Of a stretch of DNA of 64,000 nucleotides, positions 33,606 to 44,448 are shown piece after piece. The notes under the pieces are model-generated. The model had not been told where the DNA came from, ran no database searches, and saw only the letters and a list, made by a program, of their open reading frames with translations. Location of the stretch: IMG/VR virus record IMGVR_UViG_3300008267_007212; one strand, given 5' to 3'. The translations under genes were made by a program, and so were the position numbers. The number at the start of each line of letters is the position of its first letter. Positions within the stretch are counted from its first letter, which is position 1. Source of the stretch: a virus.

Positions 33606-34706
33606 TTATTTATTGAGTAAACTACTGCTGTAATCGTAACCAGGTTTTAATCTTTCGATTTGTTGATCATAGTAGTCTTTGTCCGACCAAGTATAAGAAT
33701 AGACAGAGCGTAAAATGTTTCCCGACCCATCATCGCATTGAATTGAATATATGTCTAAATAACTCGATAGTATGGGCCAAACTTCGCTGTATTTGATCGT
33801 ACCAAAACTTCTTTGTAAGTCAACTTGCCCCACTGAATGATATCCGAAATTATATTGATTATCTTCGGGATCGAATCCATTTCGTTCAAGCCATGATTTA
33901 AACCCAGACATTTCTTTGGTGTACCAAGGGTGAGGCCCATTATAACATACGTCCTGTGCCCATTCGATATCAAACTCGCCGCTGTAGTAACGTAGATGTG
34001 TAATAGCATCACAGGTTGTCTTGTCGACGTCAACTCCTTTTTCATCTCTATAAACTTCAAACAGTGTTTTGCCAATCTGTGTCCAATGTAAGTAGACTTC
34101 CCCGAATTTTCTATCATACCTTGATTCTTTAAAATTAGTTTTATATGTTGACGGAAATTCGTATCGCGAGGCATTTAGAAATGTAGTGATTTGACTAGGC
34201 CTAACCCACTCAGGCAATGTTGCTTGTTTACGTTGACTCAGCATTAAACTCTCTGCTTCGTGACATAGATTATTCAATTGTCTGATAGCGAATTTAGTTG
34301 TATAATCTGCTTGTTTATAATAATCACTGAGTCCCCACACAGTTCCTTGCAAAATTTCAAAATGGTTATGCAATTTGTTCATTAACTCTTGATTAGGATT
34401 TAATGTTTCAGGATTTCGTAGAGTAAAAGGGTAAAAGTTTTCTTCTATTTTATACTCGCCTTGGAAGAAATCATTTATTACATTCTTGACCCAGAATAGT
34501 TCTCTACAAATATATTCTAAATCTCTTTGACTGTCGGGAAATCCCAAGAAGCAAAAGTTTTTTTCCAGATATTTGTGTTGCTGTACAATTTCTTGTAATG
34601 CCGTAAACCATCGCTGAGCCATTTCATGCTCGTAGACATTGATAATATAGTCTAATGTTTTTGTTTTATCTAACGGATTTCGTAGTGTTATTATTACTTT
34701 ATTCAA
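33606..34706 (-). CDS. hypothetical protein in the modification operon
   Basis: 366-aa ORF; LHNHFE and LNNLCHEAE His/Glu motifs. Confidence 0.8.
   Translation of the reverse strand: MNKVIITLRNPLDKTKTLDYIINVYEHEMAQRWFTALQEIVQQHKYLEKNFCFLGFPDSQRDLEYICRELFWVKNVINDFFQGEYKIEENFYPFTLRNPETLNPNQELMNKLHNHFEILQGTVWGLSDYYKQADYTTKFAIRQLNNLCHEAESLMLSQRKQATLPEWVRPSQITTFLNASRYEFPSTYKTNFKESRYDRKFGEVYLHWTQIGKTLFEVYRDEKGVDVDKTTCDAITHLRYYSGEFDIEWAQDVCYNGPHPWYTKEMSGFKSWLERNGFDPEDNQYNFGYHSVGQVDLQRSFGTIKYSEVWPILSSYLDIYSIQCDDGSGNILRSVYSYTWSDKDYYDQQIERLKPGYDYSSSLLNK
33607..33614 (-). promoter_or_regulatory. late promoter motif AATAAATA, near-leaderless
   Basis: 5 nt upstream of ATG 33601. Confidence 0.4.
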
Positions 34707-35991
34707 TTGAATTCCACCATTTTAATACTTCAGGTTTTGTTGAGAGTATATCACGCATAGTATAACTATCATTTCGAATTTGTTCAAGTCTTTCGATTCT
34801 TGCTTTTCCTTTACGCAAACCAATTTGATATTCGTTGGGCCATTGTTCCTTAAAGGTGGGTCTAGTTTTTAGTTGGACAAGTATATCCTTTAACGGATTA
34901 TTACTAGTACCACTTATGATTTCGTCTGCCCAAGGATGTAATAATTCCCGGGGAAGAGATAAAGGTGACATAACTATGTCTGGACTAAAACTAAAAATTA
35001 CTTTCGCGAGAATATCGACTTTTTCTTCTTCTGCAAGTCGCTGGATATTAGCAATTTCGAACATGCCGGGCAAAGTGAGCGTAAAGTCAATTCGCATTTG
35101 ACGTCTGTGACTAGCGATTTTAACTCCTTCACGGAAGTTTGCAAGCCAAGAATTGTAGTCAAGGCCTGTTCTAATGTATTCTCCAATTTTTCCTGTGCCG
35201 TCGATACTTGCACAAATCTGCCAATCACGAAGCCCGCTGAGAATATCATTATAAAGATTGATACCTTTATAATTAATTCTTGATAAGTTTGTATTGTATC
35301 TAGCGTAAACATTTGGGCCGTCTCCTAATTCTATTATTCTCTGCATGTATCTCCAATGTTGCTCATACATGAGAGGCTCGCCCCCTACCCAATATACTTC
35401 TTCGACTCGATGCTCTTCGACGGCTTGACTAAACTCTGCCTCAATTTGTGTGTCTTGAAACTGTTCAATTTGTTTTTTGATTTCGGGCTGCATCCAATTA
35501 TTTTTTGGATCCGCCCAATTGATCATGTTGTGTTGTCGTTGCTCACTTTCCCAAGCACTGCTTAACATGTCTCCACACATTCGACATTTAAAATTACAAA
35601 GATTACTAAATCTGTAATCCCAGCTCACAGGCTTCATATCTGTTGAGCCGTCGTGGCAAGTTTTTTCCATTGCTTCATTGTACTTATGACCAAACAATTG
35701 ATTAAAATAGCTACGGTAAACATTGGTGTTTAGCAATTTGTCGTTGCATACTTCACACTCTGGCAGAGTTTCGCCGGCCATCATTCGACGCCGAACAGAT
35801 TTCATATGTTCACTATTCCAATGTTCATCTAAATTAATTGGTATATATTTTCCAGTACCAGACTTAGTATCTATGTACTGTTGAAAACTTTGTGCTGGTT
35901 CGCGACTTGCACAACACATTCTGCGTTCTGTTTGTGGACTCAGATATGTATGTGTCCACGGTGCAAGGCAAAGAGTAAGCGGTTTATTCAT
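34699..35991 (-). CDS. N-terminal-twitch radical SAM protein
   Basis: CLAPW...MCC, CEVC, CNFKCRMC, GGEP. Confidence 0.88.
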   Translation of the reverse strand: MNKPLTLCLAPWTHTYLSPQTERRMCCASREPAQSFQQYIDTKSGTGKYIPINLDEHWNSEHMKSVRRRMMAGETLPECEVCNDKLLNTNVYRSYFNQLFGHKYNEAMEKTCHDGSTDMKPVSWDYRFSNLCNFKCRMCGDMLSSAWESEQRQHNMINWADPKNNWMQPEIKKQIEQFQDTQIEAEFSQAVEEHRVEEVYWVGGEPLMYEQHWRYMQRIIELGDGPNVYARYNTNLSRINYKGINLYNDILSGLRDWQICASIDGTGKIGEYIRTGLDYNSWLANFREGVKIASHRRQMRIDFTLTLPGMFEIANIQRLAEEEKVDILAKVIFSFSPDIVMSPLSLPRELLHPWADEIISGTSNNPLKDILVQLKTRPTFKEQWPNEYQIGLRKGKARIERLEQIRNDSYTMRDILSTKPEVLKWWNSIE

Positions 35992-37189
35992 AGCCCATGG
36001 CCTTTGCTATTTCGGGATGTGTATCCATAAAATTTTGTTTTCGATAAGCATCTGTGCGCTTCATATTGTTTAAAAATATTTGCCCGTCGCTGCCTGCACC
36101 GTTTTCGATAAATTTAATTACATTTTCAATTTCTTGGTGATGTTCCTCTGTGTTCCAAAAAGTTGTTTTAAGTTTATTCAAAACTAATTCTTTGGCTGCA
36201 GGAGTTAACTGTTGAATACTCATATGGTCTGGGCTGTGCAACATATTAAAATAAATGCTGTCAAAAGGTTTGGTGCTTGCCCAGGCCAGTAATTCATCTA
36301 AGTAATATACATTTTGAATATTAATAGTGAAACAAAGTTGAGTAGTAATGTTAGGCGTGTCAACGTCACGGGCAAAATGAACTCCGTCGATTATTTCGTT
36401 GGCCTTATCCCAATCTGCCCCGTATCGTTCATATTCAAATCTTTCACCGACATTGTCGATGCTAAATGCAATATCTACACGACCAAAATTATTCCATAAA
36501 GCTGATTTTTGTATGCCTAACCCGTCGATAGTTGCATTGGTATTATAATGAATATCGATATGTTTACTATGGCCTGTTGCTACTGCATATCGTAGTAAAT
36601 CCCAGTGTTCTTCGATTAACCAAGGCTCGCCCCCGGTAAATTCAAAATACTTAATATTGGGTAGTAACGATTTTAAATTCTCCCAAAAATTAGGACTCTC
36701 CTCTGGCCACTTACCTTGTTTAAGCCAAGTATATGCAACATGTTTTTTCTTATCATGTCCTTGCGGCAAATACTCTAATTCTTCTGCCGCCCACTTACTA
36801 CTGCTCCAACTGCCGCATATCCTGCACTTTAAATTACAAATGTTGCCCAGCTTTAAATCAATGAACCATAATTGATCAGGAACATCGTTTTGCCAATCGA
36901 CCAATGGGTATAACTCTTTGAGTCTAACTTGACTGTGAATACGTTTACTAGTCCTGTTTGCGGCTTCCTCATCCCAGCATAATTTACAGGTATTTGGTTT
37001 TTCGCCGCGGCGGAATTGTCTACGTAAGTTTTGCATATACTCGCTAGTATATGCATCTTGTAATGTATGTCTTCTAAGATCAACACCAGTAATATCTTCT
37101 CTTGCAAGACAACAAGGTCTTGCAGTACCCATGGGGCTAGTCTCGATACTAATCCATGGCAACATACAAATACTATTAGGTAAAGTCAT
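35984..37189 (-). CDS. N-terminal-twitch radical SAM protein
   Basis: CMLPW...PCC, CKLCW, CNLKCRIC, GGEP. Confidence 0.88.
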   Translation of the reverse strand: MTLPNSICMLPWISIETSPMGTARPCCLAREDITGVDLRRHTLQDAYTSEYMQNLRRQFRRGEKPNTCKLCWDEEAANRTSKRIHSQVRLKELYPLVDWQNDVPDQLWFIDLKLGNICNLKCRICGSWSSSKWAAEELEYLPQGHDKKKHVAYTWLKQGKWPEESPNFWENLKSLLPNIKYFEFTGGEPWLIEEHWDLLRYAVATGHSKHIDIHYNTNATIDGLGIQKSALWNNFGRVDIAFSIDNVGERFEYERYGADWDKANEIIDGVHFARDVDTPNITTQLCFTINIQNVYYLDELLAWASTKPFDSIYFNMLHSPDHMSIQQLTPAAKELVLNKLKTTFWNTEEHHQEIENVIKFIENGAGSDGQIFLNNMKRTDAYRKQNFMDTHPEIAKAMGYE

Positions 37190-38523
37190 TTATTTTTTAA
37201 CTCGCTTAATTCAGGAAATGTGTTCCAAAAGTTTTCTCCCCTGAGATTATCAATTAAATTAATTTCTTGTTTAAATTTACCCCAGTGCTGTGAGCCGTCG
37301 GTGGACATTAGGAAATTAATGGCACTCTTGAATCCAGTTGTTGCTCGTTTTAATGGATCTTGCGGTTCTAACCATTCAATATGTCTTTCGTATGCTGGTT
37401 TAATTACTCGCTCTTTAAATTCTTGCGGGAACAAATCAATCCTATACCATTCAGGACTTTGACAAATATTCACATTAAAATCTTTAGGCTTAATAAATCC
37501 CATATCAACCCATTCTTTATGAAAATCTAAAACGTGCAATACATTCATAGCACTAATAGTAGATGCAATATAAAAATCTACGTGCGGTACTTCTTCCAAC
37601 ATACGTTCACGATTGCGAACTGTTTGTTTCCAGTCTGTGCCTTTTCGCATTAGTTCTGCTCTGGCTCCGCTGGCATCTAAGCTGGCTCCTACTCCTACAG
37701 TTCTAAAATGTTTCCAGTATTCGAATACATGTTTATCTTTAAAAGCTAATTCACTAAAATTTGTATTGTATTGAATACAAACGTCTGTTCGTCCTGCTTC
37801 AATAAGTTTTTCTAATAGATAATAGTGTTCCTTCATAATCAAAGGTTCACCGCCTGCAAAATAAACTTGTTCCAAGTAGGGAATATGTTCTTCCATTTGT
37901 GCAATCATATAATCTTCGTCGCCAGCAGCATATTCAATTCTGGCCAAATCTTTGCCGTTTACGTCAGGCACTCTATTGAATAATTTGACATGATCATTAT
38001 ACCAATTACTGCTAAAAACCGGGCCGCACGTTCTGCAACGAAAATTACACAAATTGCTAAACCTAACGTCCCAGTATCTGATTTTAAATTCTGGGTGTGT
38101 TCCGTCTGGCAGTGTTTTATCTACGTCTGCAATATTATGTCCGTAACTACGATTAGCATCATAACGCATACTAAAGAATCCGTTTTCTTCTTGTTCATAA
38201 CATTTGGTACATTGTTTAACTGGCTGATCTGCCATCATTAAACGTCTGATCTCTTTGTACCCTTCTTGGTTCCAAACTTCTTGCATTGAATTCTTTTTTA
38301 AATTTCCAATTGGATGAAAGTATTCTGCAAAGCAACAAGGATACACTCTGCCGTCTGGGTAAGCATGTTGGTGAACCCATGGTAACATACAAAAAGATTT
38401 ACTGTTCGTTAATCTGTTGATTTGAGTTTCTGTCAGCGTTGCAGGATCTGCAAATAATGGTTTCCTACTATTGTAATCGTAACCACGTTTATAAAATCTA
38501 TCAGTTTTTTTATCTTCGCTCAT
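37186..38523 (-). CDS. N-terminal-twitch radical SAM protein
   Basis: CMLPW...PCC, CTKC, CNFRCRTC, GGEP. Confidence 0.88.
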   Translation of the reverse strand: MSEDKKTDRFYKRGYDYNSRKPLFADPATLTETQINRLTNSKSFCMLPWVHQHAYPDGRVYPCCFAEYFHPIGNLKKNSMQEVWNQEGYKEIRRLMMADQPVKQCTKCYEQEENGFFSMRYDANRSYGHNIADVDKTLPDGTHPEFKIRYWDVRFSNLCNFRCRTCGPVFSSNWYNDHVKLFNRVPDVNGKDLARIEYAAGDEDYMIAQMEEHIPYLEQVYFAGGEPLIMKEHYYLLEKLIEAGRTDVCIQYNTNFSELAFKDKHVFEYWKHFRTVGVGASLDASGARAELMRKGTDWKQTVRNRERMLEEVPHVDFYIASTISAMNVLHVLDFHKEWVDMGFIKPKDFNVNICQSPEWYRIDLFPQEFKERVIKPAYERHIEWLEPQDPLKRATTGFKSAINFLMSTDGSQHWGKFKQEINLIDNLRGENFWNTFPELSELKNK

Positions 38524-39869
38524 AGTGTATTATACCAATCTGCCAGAGAAGGAAATGTTTTACAGAAGTCTTTACCTCTGCGCTGATCGTACTGTGTGTA
38601 AAATTGTTTGAAATCACTGCGTAATTTAGACAGCTCAAATGCATCGCTGTGTGGAGTTTTTACAACATCCAAGTAATCTATTAATCTCTGTAAATGATTT
38701 ATTTCATGCTCATGTAAATAGTTATGTCCTTTATGGCGAACAAGAAAATTAACCAATTGATCTTTGTATTTTGATTTAATATCATCAGGCAACACCAATG
38801 GACTCTGAAAACTAGGAAAACGTAAAATATTTAAAGTAAAATTAGGATAGTCTCGGCCGAATTCTTTCTTTAAGTCTATTAGAGTATCTAAGAAATCAGG
38901 CAATGTATCCAGGCATAATGCATTAATTGTACACATAATATGAAGCCCGCGAAACTTTTTACTGTTAACAAGCTTCATAATATTTTCTAACCACAGAGTA
39001 TAATTTAAACCATCTCGTATATATTCTGCTTGAATGTGATCACTTTCGTTGCTAGTATATAAGTCTATTTCTAAACCATCCACGCTGTCAATTAATCTAT
39101 CGATATCAACTTGATAACCTAAATTACTGTTAATAGCTAAACGTGTTTGGCTTTTACCTTTATTAGTTTTAAACCAATCGATTAGTTTCCAAGTTTCTCC
39201 ACTCATCAAAGGTTCTCCGCCCGTAATACGTAATTCCTTTAATGTGCGATGTAAGTCTGATTCCCACCATTTATGAAATGCTTCAACATAGGGATTAACT
39301 TCGCCAAATTTATATAGTTGACTATGATCATGAGTATGAGTAAAATGATTCCTGCCGTCACTAACCAATCCTGTATAAGGCCCGTTACGTTTGATGTCAT
39401 TGACCCATGTACTGCTAAAAGCAGGATTGCAATAACTACAAGCAAACTGACAAGTTCTGTCGAAAGCAATTTCAAGAGTTTGAAGATTGAAATCTTCTCT
39501 TGCTGGGGTTCTGTATGCATATGCCAAATCTTCATCATTGTAAATTACAGTTTTGTATACTCGATCGCTTATTGCATCTCGACCCATGTCTTCGATCTTC
39601 CAGCAGTACTCGCAACCTGACGGTCTTTCGCCCTTCTGCATCTGCTCTCGTTCCATTTTCTTTTTTTGAGTATTGTGCAATGCCCTAGGATTTCGTTCAA
39701 CATCGTCAATGTCTACTTTGTGCGGCAAGGGATGGTGGCAACTAGTAGTCATTCCGCTACCTAACCATATAGTAGCATTATACCATTTAGCTCCGCAAAA
39801 AGAATTTGATTTAATGTCGATTACTCTGCGTTTGTAATCTAAGTCTGTTTCATTGTTTATTCTTGGCAT
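38520..39869 (-). CDS. N-terminal-twitch radical SAM protein (CxAKW...SCH subtype)
   Basis: CGAKW...SCHHP, CEYCW, CQFACSYC, GGEP. Confidence 0.88.
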   Translation of the reverse strand: MPRINNETDLDYKRRVIDIKSNSFCGAKWYNATIWLGSGMTTSCHHPLPHKVDIDDVERNPRALHNTQKKKMEREQMQKGERPSGCEYCWKIEDMGRDAISDRVYKTVIYNDEDLAYAYRTPAREDFNLQTLEIAFDRTCQFACSYCNPAFSSTWVNDIKRNGPYTGLVSDGRNHFTHTHDHSQLYKFGEVNPYVEAFHKWWESDLHRTLKELRITGGEPLMSGETWKLIDWFKTNKGKSQTRLAINSNLGYQVDIDRLIDSVDGLEIDLYTSNESDHIQAEYIRDGLNYTLWLENIMKLVNSKKFRGLHIMCTINALCLDTLPDFLDTLIDLKKEFGRDYPNFTLNILRFPSFQSPLVLPDDIKSKYKDQLVNFLVRHKGHNYLHEHEINHLQRLIDYLDVVKTPHSDAFELSKLRSDFKQFYTQYDQRRGKDFCKTFPSLADWYNTL

Positions 39870-40890
39870 AGTTGTTAAATTTAGTTGTGAACTCGTCTAT
39901 TAAATTTTTATCCTCACCCGGTGGTTGTGTGGATATCATTACATTCCTATTGTGTCTACAAATATCTTCGGCTTCATTTAAAAATTCTTCTAAATTAGAA
40001 TTGCAAAGAAATTCTACCACATCCACTATTCGATCCAGTCGTTTATCGTTGTCGTCTATTAGATCAAACGATTCATCTATTAGATGACCAAACGTTTTAA
40101 ATCCCTGATTGTGTAAATCTCTATAGAATCCATAGTTTGCCACTGCTACAAATGGGTGCCCAATTTTAAGTGGCTTGTAAATTTTTTCTGTTCTAAAGCT
40201 ATAAGGCAAATAAAAATTTGTTTCAGTGACAACACTGAAATAAGAATCTTCAAAAATATTTGCAAATATTTGTCCGTCGGGCCAGTCGTTTAATTTATAT
40301 TTTCCGTTTATTACATTATCACTGTTGACTTGAAATTGGTAGTCTTTGGGCAAAAATTTATTGTCGTAGAGAGCAGACCATAAACTTCGGACTAACAAAT
40401 CTTTTTTATTTAATTTTTCTATTAGTAATGAACGATGCGATCTTTCTATTCCATTTAAAAAATTAAACAAAAATGTCTTATTCCTTTTTAAAAAAATTCG
40501 ATCAATTATCTTCGAATCTCTTTTTTCGAGCTCGGTTGTTGTACGTCCTAAAATATACCTAAATATGTCTACGGTTACATGTGCTATACCCGGGGGCAAA
40601 TCTCCCGACGACATTATAAACGGTAGACGCACAAAATCATTCCATCCTATTGCCTTTAATGTATCTAACACTGTATTGGTACCTTCGTGTAGCATACTTA
40701 GTATAAACAAATTTTTGCTGTCCAAGGAAATAATATTTTTTTTAATAATATCCCCCGTTAATAAAACAATACCATTGTTTGAAATTAAACTTTCTACGGT
40801 ATCGTGCTCCATTATTTCAAAGTAATCGGGGTACCAATTAAAGAATTCTAAATCGTCGTTTTTTAACGAGTTAATTTTAATCTTTTGCAT
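39850..40890 (-). CDS. GT-B-like protein (GT10/exostosin-like C-terminal motif)
   Basis: NGIERSHR, YFSVVTET, RTEKIYKP..HPF, GFKTF..IDESFD. Confidence 0.55.
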   Translation of the reverse strand: MQKIKINSLKNDDLEFFNWYPDYFEIMEHDTVESLISNNGIVLLTGDIIKKNIISLDSKNLFILSMLHEGTNTVLDTLKAIGWNDFVRLPFIMSSGDLPPGIAHVTVDIFRYILGRTTTELEKRDSKIIDRIFLKRNKTFLFNFLNGIERSHRSLLIEKLNKKDLLVRSLWSALYDNKFLPKDYQFQVNSDNVINGKYKLNDWPDGQIFANIFEDSYFSVVTETNFYLPYSFRTEKIYKPLKIGHPFVAVANYGFYRDLHNQGFKTFGHLIDESFDLIDDNDKRLDRIVDVVEFLCNSNLEEFLNEAEDICRHNRNVMISTQPPGEDKNLIDEFTTKFNNYAKNKQ

Positions 40891-42022
40891 TTAAAAGATC
40901 CTTAACTTTGTCAGGAAGAGTAATGTTTTTTCTATCTTCCCATTGTTTTAAAAAGTGTAAAAATTCTGAAAATAAAGTTTTATTAAATTTGGTTGAAGAC
41001 AATATACTTAAAACAACATCAACATTCTTTATATTTTTATTATCTAACAAAGTTAATAACACAGTTTCTGCTTGTTTTTTAATCTTATCCGGAGTTGCTT
41101 CAATGCTTTGAATTCTGGGATTTTGACCATATGACAATACCCAATGAAATTTATCTTTATATTTTTCTATTCTGGGCAGTATTACAGTAGATGAGAAGTT
41201 TTCAATATCGCAGAGAGTTAAATTAGTCATCAGACTTGATATATTAATTTTGATATTTTCTTCGCTGCGTTCTAATAGATAGTCCAAATTCTTCAAAAAT
41301 AAATCATAATCAAGACCATATCTAACAAATTCTGATATTTCATCACAAGAATCTAAACTGGCGTTTATTACAATGTATTTGAATTTATGTCTATTAGATA
41401 GTAGTTTATCTATTGCTTTTTTATCGACCATTAAATTTGAAGTTACATCTAAAATTCCTTTATGGTCTATCGTATCTAAGATATTAAAAAAATTTTTATT
41501 TATTAATGGTTCACCACCTATTATTCTCAAAGTTTCAAATTTCACAGTGTTTAACAATTCTAAATTTTCATCTATTAATTGCTTATTTTTAATATCTACA
41601 CTGTAGACATGTCGATCTGTAAACAATTGATATTTTTGATTTTGTATATCTTTTTCCCATTGACTGCTAAACTTTGGATTACAATACATGCATTGCATAT
41701 TGCAAGCATTGCCAACATTAATTTCAATTACCTTAGGCGATTTATTATTTTTATATTCATTAAATGTCGATATATCAAATTTTTTTAAGAATTGAATTCT
41801 GAGACTGGTGCCGTTTGTTTTTTCAGAATTCCAACAATAAGAACAACTTGGATCTTTTACATTGTTTAATAAATTTTGTTTTTGATGATCAATGATTTCA
41901 TTGTAATCGTTGACAAATTTTTCTGGCTTTGCTTTACAGCAACCATATACATAGTTATAACTAGTATTGATGATTAGCTCATCCCATTTAGCCGGACAAA
42001 AAGTGTCAGGTAGTTGTTGCAT
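40877..42022 (-). CDS. N-terminal-twitch radical SAM protein
   Basis: CPAKW...GCC, CSYCW, CNMQCMYC, GGEP. Confidence 0.88.
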   Translation of the reverse strand: MQQLPDTFCPAKWDELIINTSYNYVYGCCKAKPEKFVNDYNEIIDHQKQNLLNNVKDPSCSYCWNSEKTNGTSLRIQFLKKFDISTFNEYKNNKSPKVIEINVGNACNMQCMYCNPKFSSQWEKDIQNQKYQLFTDRHVYSVDIKNKQLIDENLELLNTVKFETLRIIGGEPLINKNFFNILDTIDHKGILDVTSNLMVDKKAIDKLLSNRHKFKYIVINASLDSCDEISEFVRYGLDYDLFLKNLDYLLERSEENIKINISSLMTNLTLCDIENFSSTVILPRIEKYKDKFHWVLSYGQNPRIQSIEATPDKIKKQAETVLLTLLDNKNIKNVDVVLSILSSTKFNKTLFSEFLHFLKQWEDRKNITLPDKVKDLLNAKD

Positions 42023-43397
42023 AATATTTGCATTCCTTCCAAAAATCTACCATTTCTGGAAATGCCAAAATAAAGTTAGTTCCCCTGCGTCGATCATGTT
42101 CATTAAAAAACTTATAAAAATTTGCTTTTTGCATTTTAACATAATCAGGATCCAACTTGCTACCTTCTCTCATCCAATCTATCACTCTTTGTAACCGCTG
42201 GACTTCATAGTCTTTGAATCCGTGAAATGGAGTTTCGGGCTGTTCCATTTTTGTAATCATAAAGCTCCACGATGTCTCTAGCTGATCGACATAGCTTTCA
42301 GGTAATAGTTGTAAACTTTGCCATTCTGGTTTACGTAGAATTGGAGTATCAAACCAGACACGCTGATATGTTTTGCTGTGTATTTGCCTAAGTCCCAGTA
42401 TGCAACCTAATAGATTTTGAAGTCCCATTACATTTAAATTATTCATAGTAATTATAAATGTTAGACTACTACGATTCGGAACTTCATATAAAAATCTGTT
42501 AACGTTATCCCAAAATCTTTCAAAATTTAATCCATGTCTGATATATTCAGCCTGCATAAAAGTAGCATCTATACTAACATACTGCATGAAATGCTCGATT
42601 TTTTTATTCTCATTGTCGCACAGTCTTTTTACATAATCCAGATACTTGTCAAATAATGCAGGCTCAACACTGAAATTAGAAGTTACGTTTAAATGTAGCT
42701 TGGGACTAGGATTTTCTAATACGTAATCAAAAACACGATACGTATTTTTATCCATTAGTGGTTCTCCACCAGTCATCCTAAAATGTTCTAGTTCAGGATA
42801 TAATTTTGGCCACCAAGACCAAAAGGCATCGACATAAGAATTATCTTCTCTTGCAGGGATAACTTTTCTATCTCCCGTAAAATGACTGGGATCATTGTGC
42901 GGAGGATTAGTAGGAAAAGCTCCGCTACGTTCTACGTCACTGGCCCAACTGCTAGAGTATTGGGGACTACAATAACTACAAGCCAGATTGCAAGCATTAT
43001 TAAAATTAACTTCTACATAGGAAGGAAGTACATCTTCATCCCCAGTAGAATTAGCTATTGTTTCAAAATCTTTTGCAGCCCATGGTTCCCCACTACGATA
43101 ATGTCGATCGCTTAAATTGCCCAAATCTTCTTGTGTCCAACAATAACTACATTCTTGTGGGCGCTCATTATGGAGCATAATCTTACGCTGCTCTTTTTTG
43201 TAAGGTGTATTATGTAATGCGCTGGGATTATTTTTTACTAGCGTTGAGTCAATTTTATGTAAAGGTGGATGATAACAACTGTTATTGAGACCCGTAGGCA
43301 AATGCAAGCTTACTTGTTTCCACTTTGCTAAACAAAGAGCAGGACCTAATTTAGATTTTGCTTCTTCAGCCGAGTTTAAAAAAACACTTTTAGACAT
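42006..43397 (-). CDS. N-terminal-twitch radical SAM protein (CxAKW...SCY subtype)
   Basis: CLAKW...SCYHP, CSYCW, CNLACSYC, GGEP. Confidence 0.88.
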   Translation of the reverse strand: MSKSVFLNSAEEAKSKLGPALCLAKWKQVSLHLPTGLNNSCYHPPLHKIDSTLVKNNPSALHNTPYKKEQRKIMLHNERPQECSYCWTQEDLGNLSDRHYRSGEPWAAKDFETIANSTGDEDVLPSYVEVNFNNACNLACSYCSPQYSSSWASDVERSGAFPTNPPHNDPSHFTGDRKVIPAREDNSYVDAFWSWWPKLYPELEHFRMTGGEPLMDKNTYRVFDYVLENPSPKLHLNVTSNFSVEPALFDKYLDYVKRLCDNENKKIEHFMQYVSIDATFMQAEYIRHGLNFERFWDNVNRFLYEVPNRSSLTFIITMNNLNVMGLQNLLGCILGLRQIHSKTYQRVWFDTPILRKPEWQSLQLLPESYVDQLETSWSFMITKMEQPETPFHGFKDYEVQRLQRVIDWMREGSKLDPDYVKMQKANFYKFFNEHDRRRGTNFILAFPEMVDFWKECKYYATTT

Positions 43398-44448
43398 TTA
43401 ATAATAACTTCTTTGAAAATTTGTGAAAGGGTAAAGAATCAAATAAATTTTCTTTTCTAATTTTATCTAGAAATAAAACATGTGAAATCGTATGGATTAT
43501 CAATGTTTTATTGTAATTATTTTGTATTCTTGATTCTATTGCGTCGTACATTGATTGTGTAATATAAGGCCTAATACCAGCCAAACACTCAATAGCTAAC
43601 GTTTGTAATTCATCTGGGATTGCATTTAAGTTTAAAAAGTCTGGACCATTTAATAAATTTAATTCAATTTGATAATCTTTAAAGTATGAAAGTAACTTTG
43701 GTAAATGCCAAAAATTCAATATACTAACAGTGGGAGAAATTTTTATACGTAAATTTGTAAGTTGTAACGATGCTAAAAGTTGTAGATTTTTGTTAACATC
43801 TTCCCAAGATGCACCAGATCTGATATATTCAAATTCTTTTTCTATTGCATCTATACTGCATGTTACATTGATTGATTTGAATTCTTTCCAAATATCAGTA
43901 ATTGACGCATCTTTATATTTTAGGGTTGTCAAATTTGTATTATACATTAATGCTATATTTTTTGCTTGACCAGATTCTATATATTTTTTTAAAATTGCCC
44001 AATGATCCCCATTTATAAATGGCTCTCCTCCAGTAAAATATGCATGTCGGACCGATGGAACCGTTATTATATCATAATAATCGTCCAAACTTTGATGTGT
44101 GATCGGTAATCCGAGCTCAGCAGCCCATTGGCTACTCGCATCTGCATTACAAGACCTGCATTTTAAATTACATAGGTTGGTATTTCTTATATCTAAGAAC
44201 TGTAGTTCATTATTATCTATTGCATTTTTATTAAAAAAAGTTCTATAACTTGGTATCTTTTCCTGCTCTGCATCGATACATGTTTTGCATTCTTGAGGTG
44301 GTACACCAGTTTGTAGATCTTCAAACAAGTTACGATTACCAATCTCTGTCATTGGTTTTCTATAGTTTGAATCTATTAGACAACACGGAGAAACTCCGTT
44401 TGAAAAAATTGTCAGACTATTTTTATATGCTGCACATTTCCAAGTCAT
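43390..44448 (-). CDS. N-terminal-twitch radical SAM protein
   Basis: WKC...PCC, CKTC, CNLKCRSC, GGEP. Confidence 0.88.
   Translation of the reverse strand: MTWKCAAYKNSLTIFSNGVSPCCLIDSNYRKPMTEIGNRNLFEDLQTGVPPQECKTCIDAEQEKIPSYRTFFNKNAIDNNELQFLDIRNTNLCNLKCRSCNADASSQWAAELGLPITHQSLDDYYDIITVPSVRHAYFTGGEPFINGDHWAILKKYIESGQAKNIALMYNTNLTTLKYKDASITDIWKEFKSINVTCSIDAIEKEFEYIRSGASWEDVNKNLQLLASLQLTNLRIKISPTVSILNFWHLPKLLSYFKDYQIELNLLNGPDFLNLNAIPDELQTLAIECLAGIRPYITQSMYDAIESRIQNNYNKTLIIHTISHVLFLDKIRKENLFDSLPFHKFSKKLLLNV

Noticed and set aside
34699-44448. Radical SAM genes as anaerobic sulfatase maturases or PqqE/MoaA
   Set aside because: No sulfatase, pqq or moa genes nearby, and the auxiliary cysteines are N-terminal rather than C-terminal
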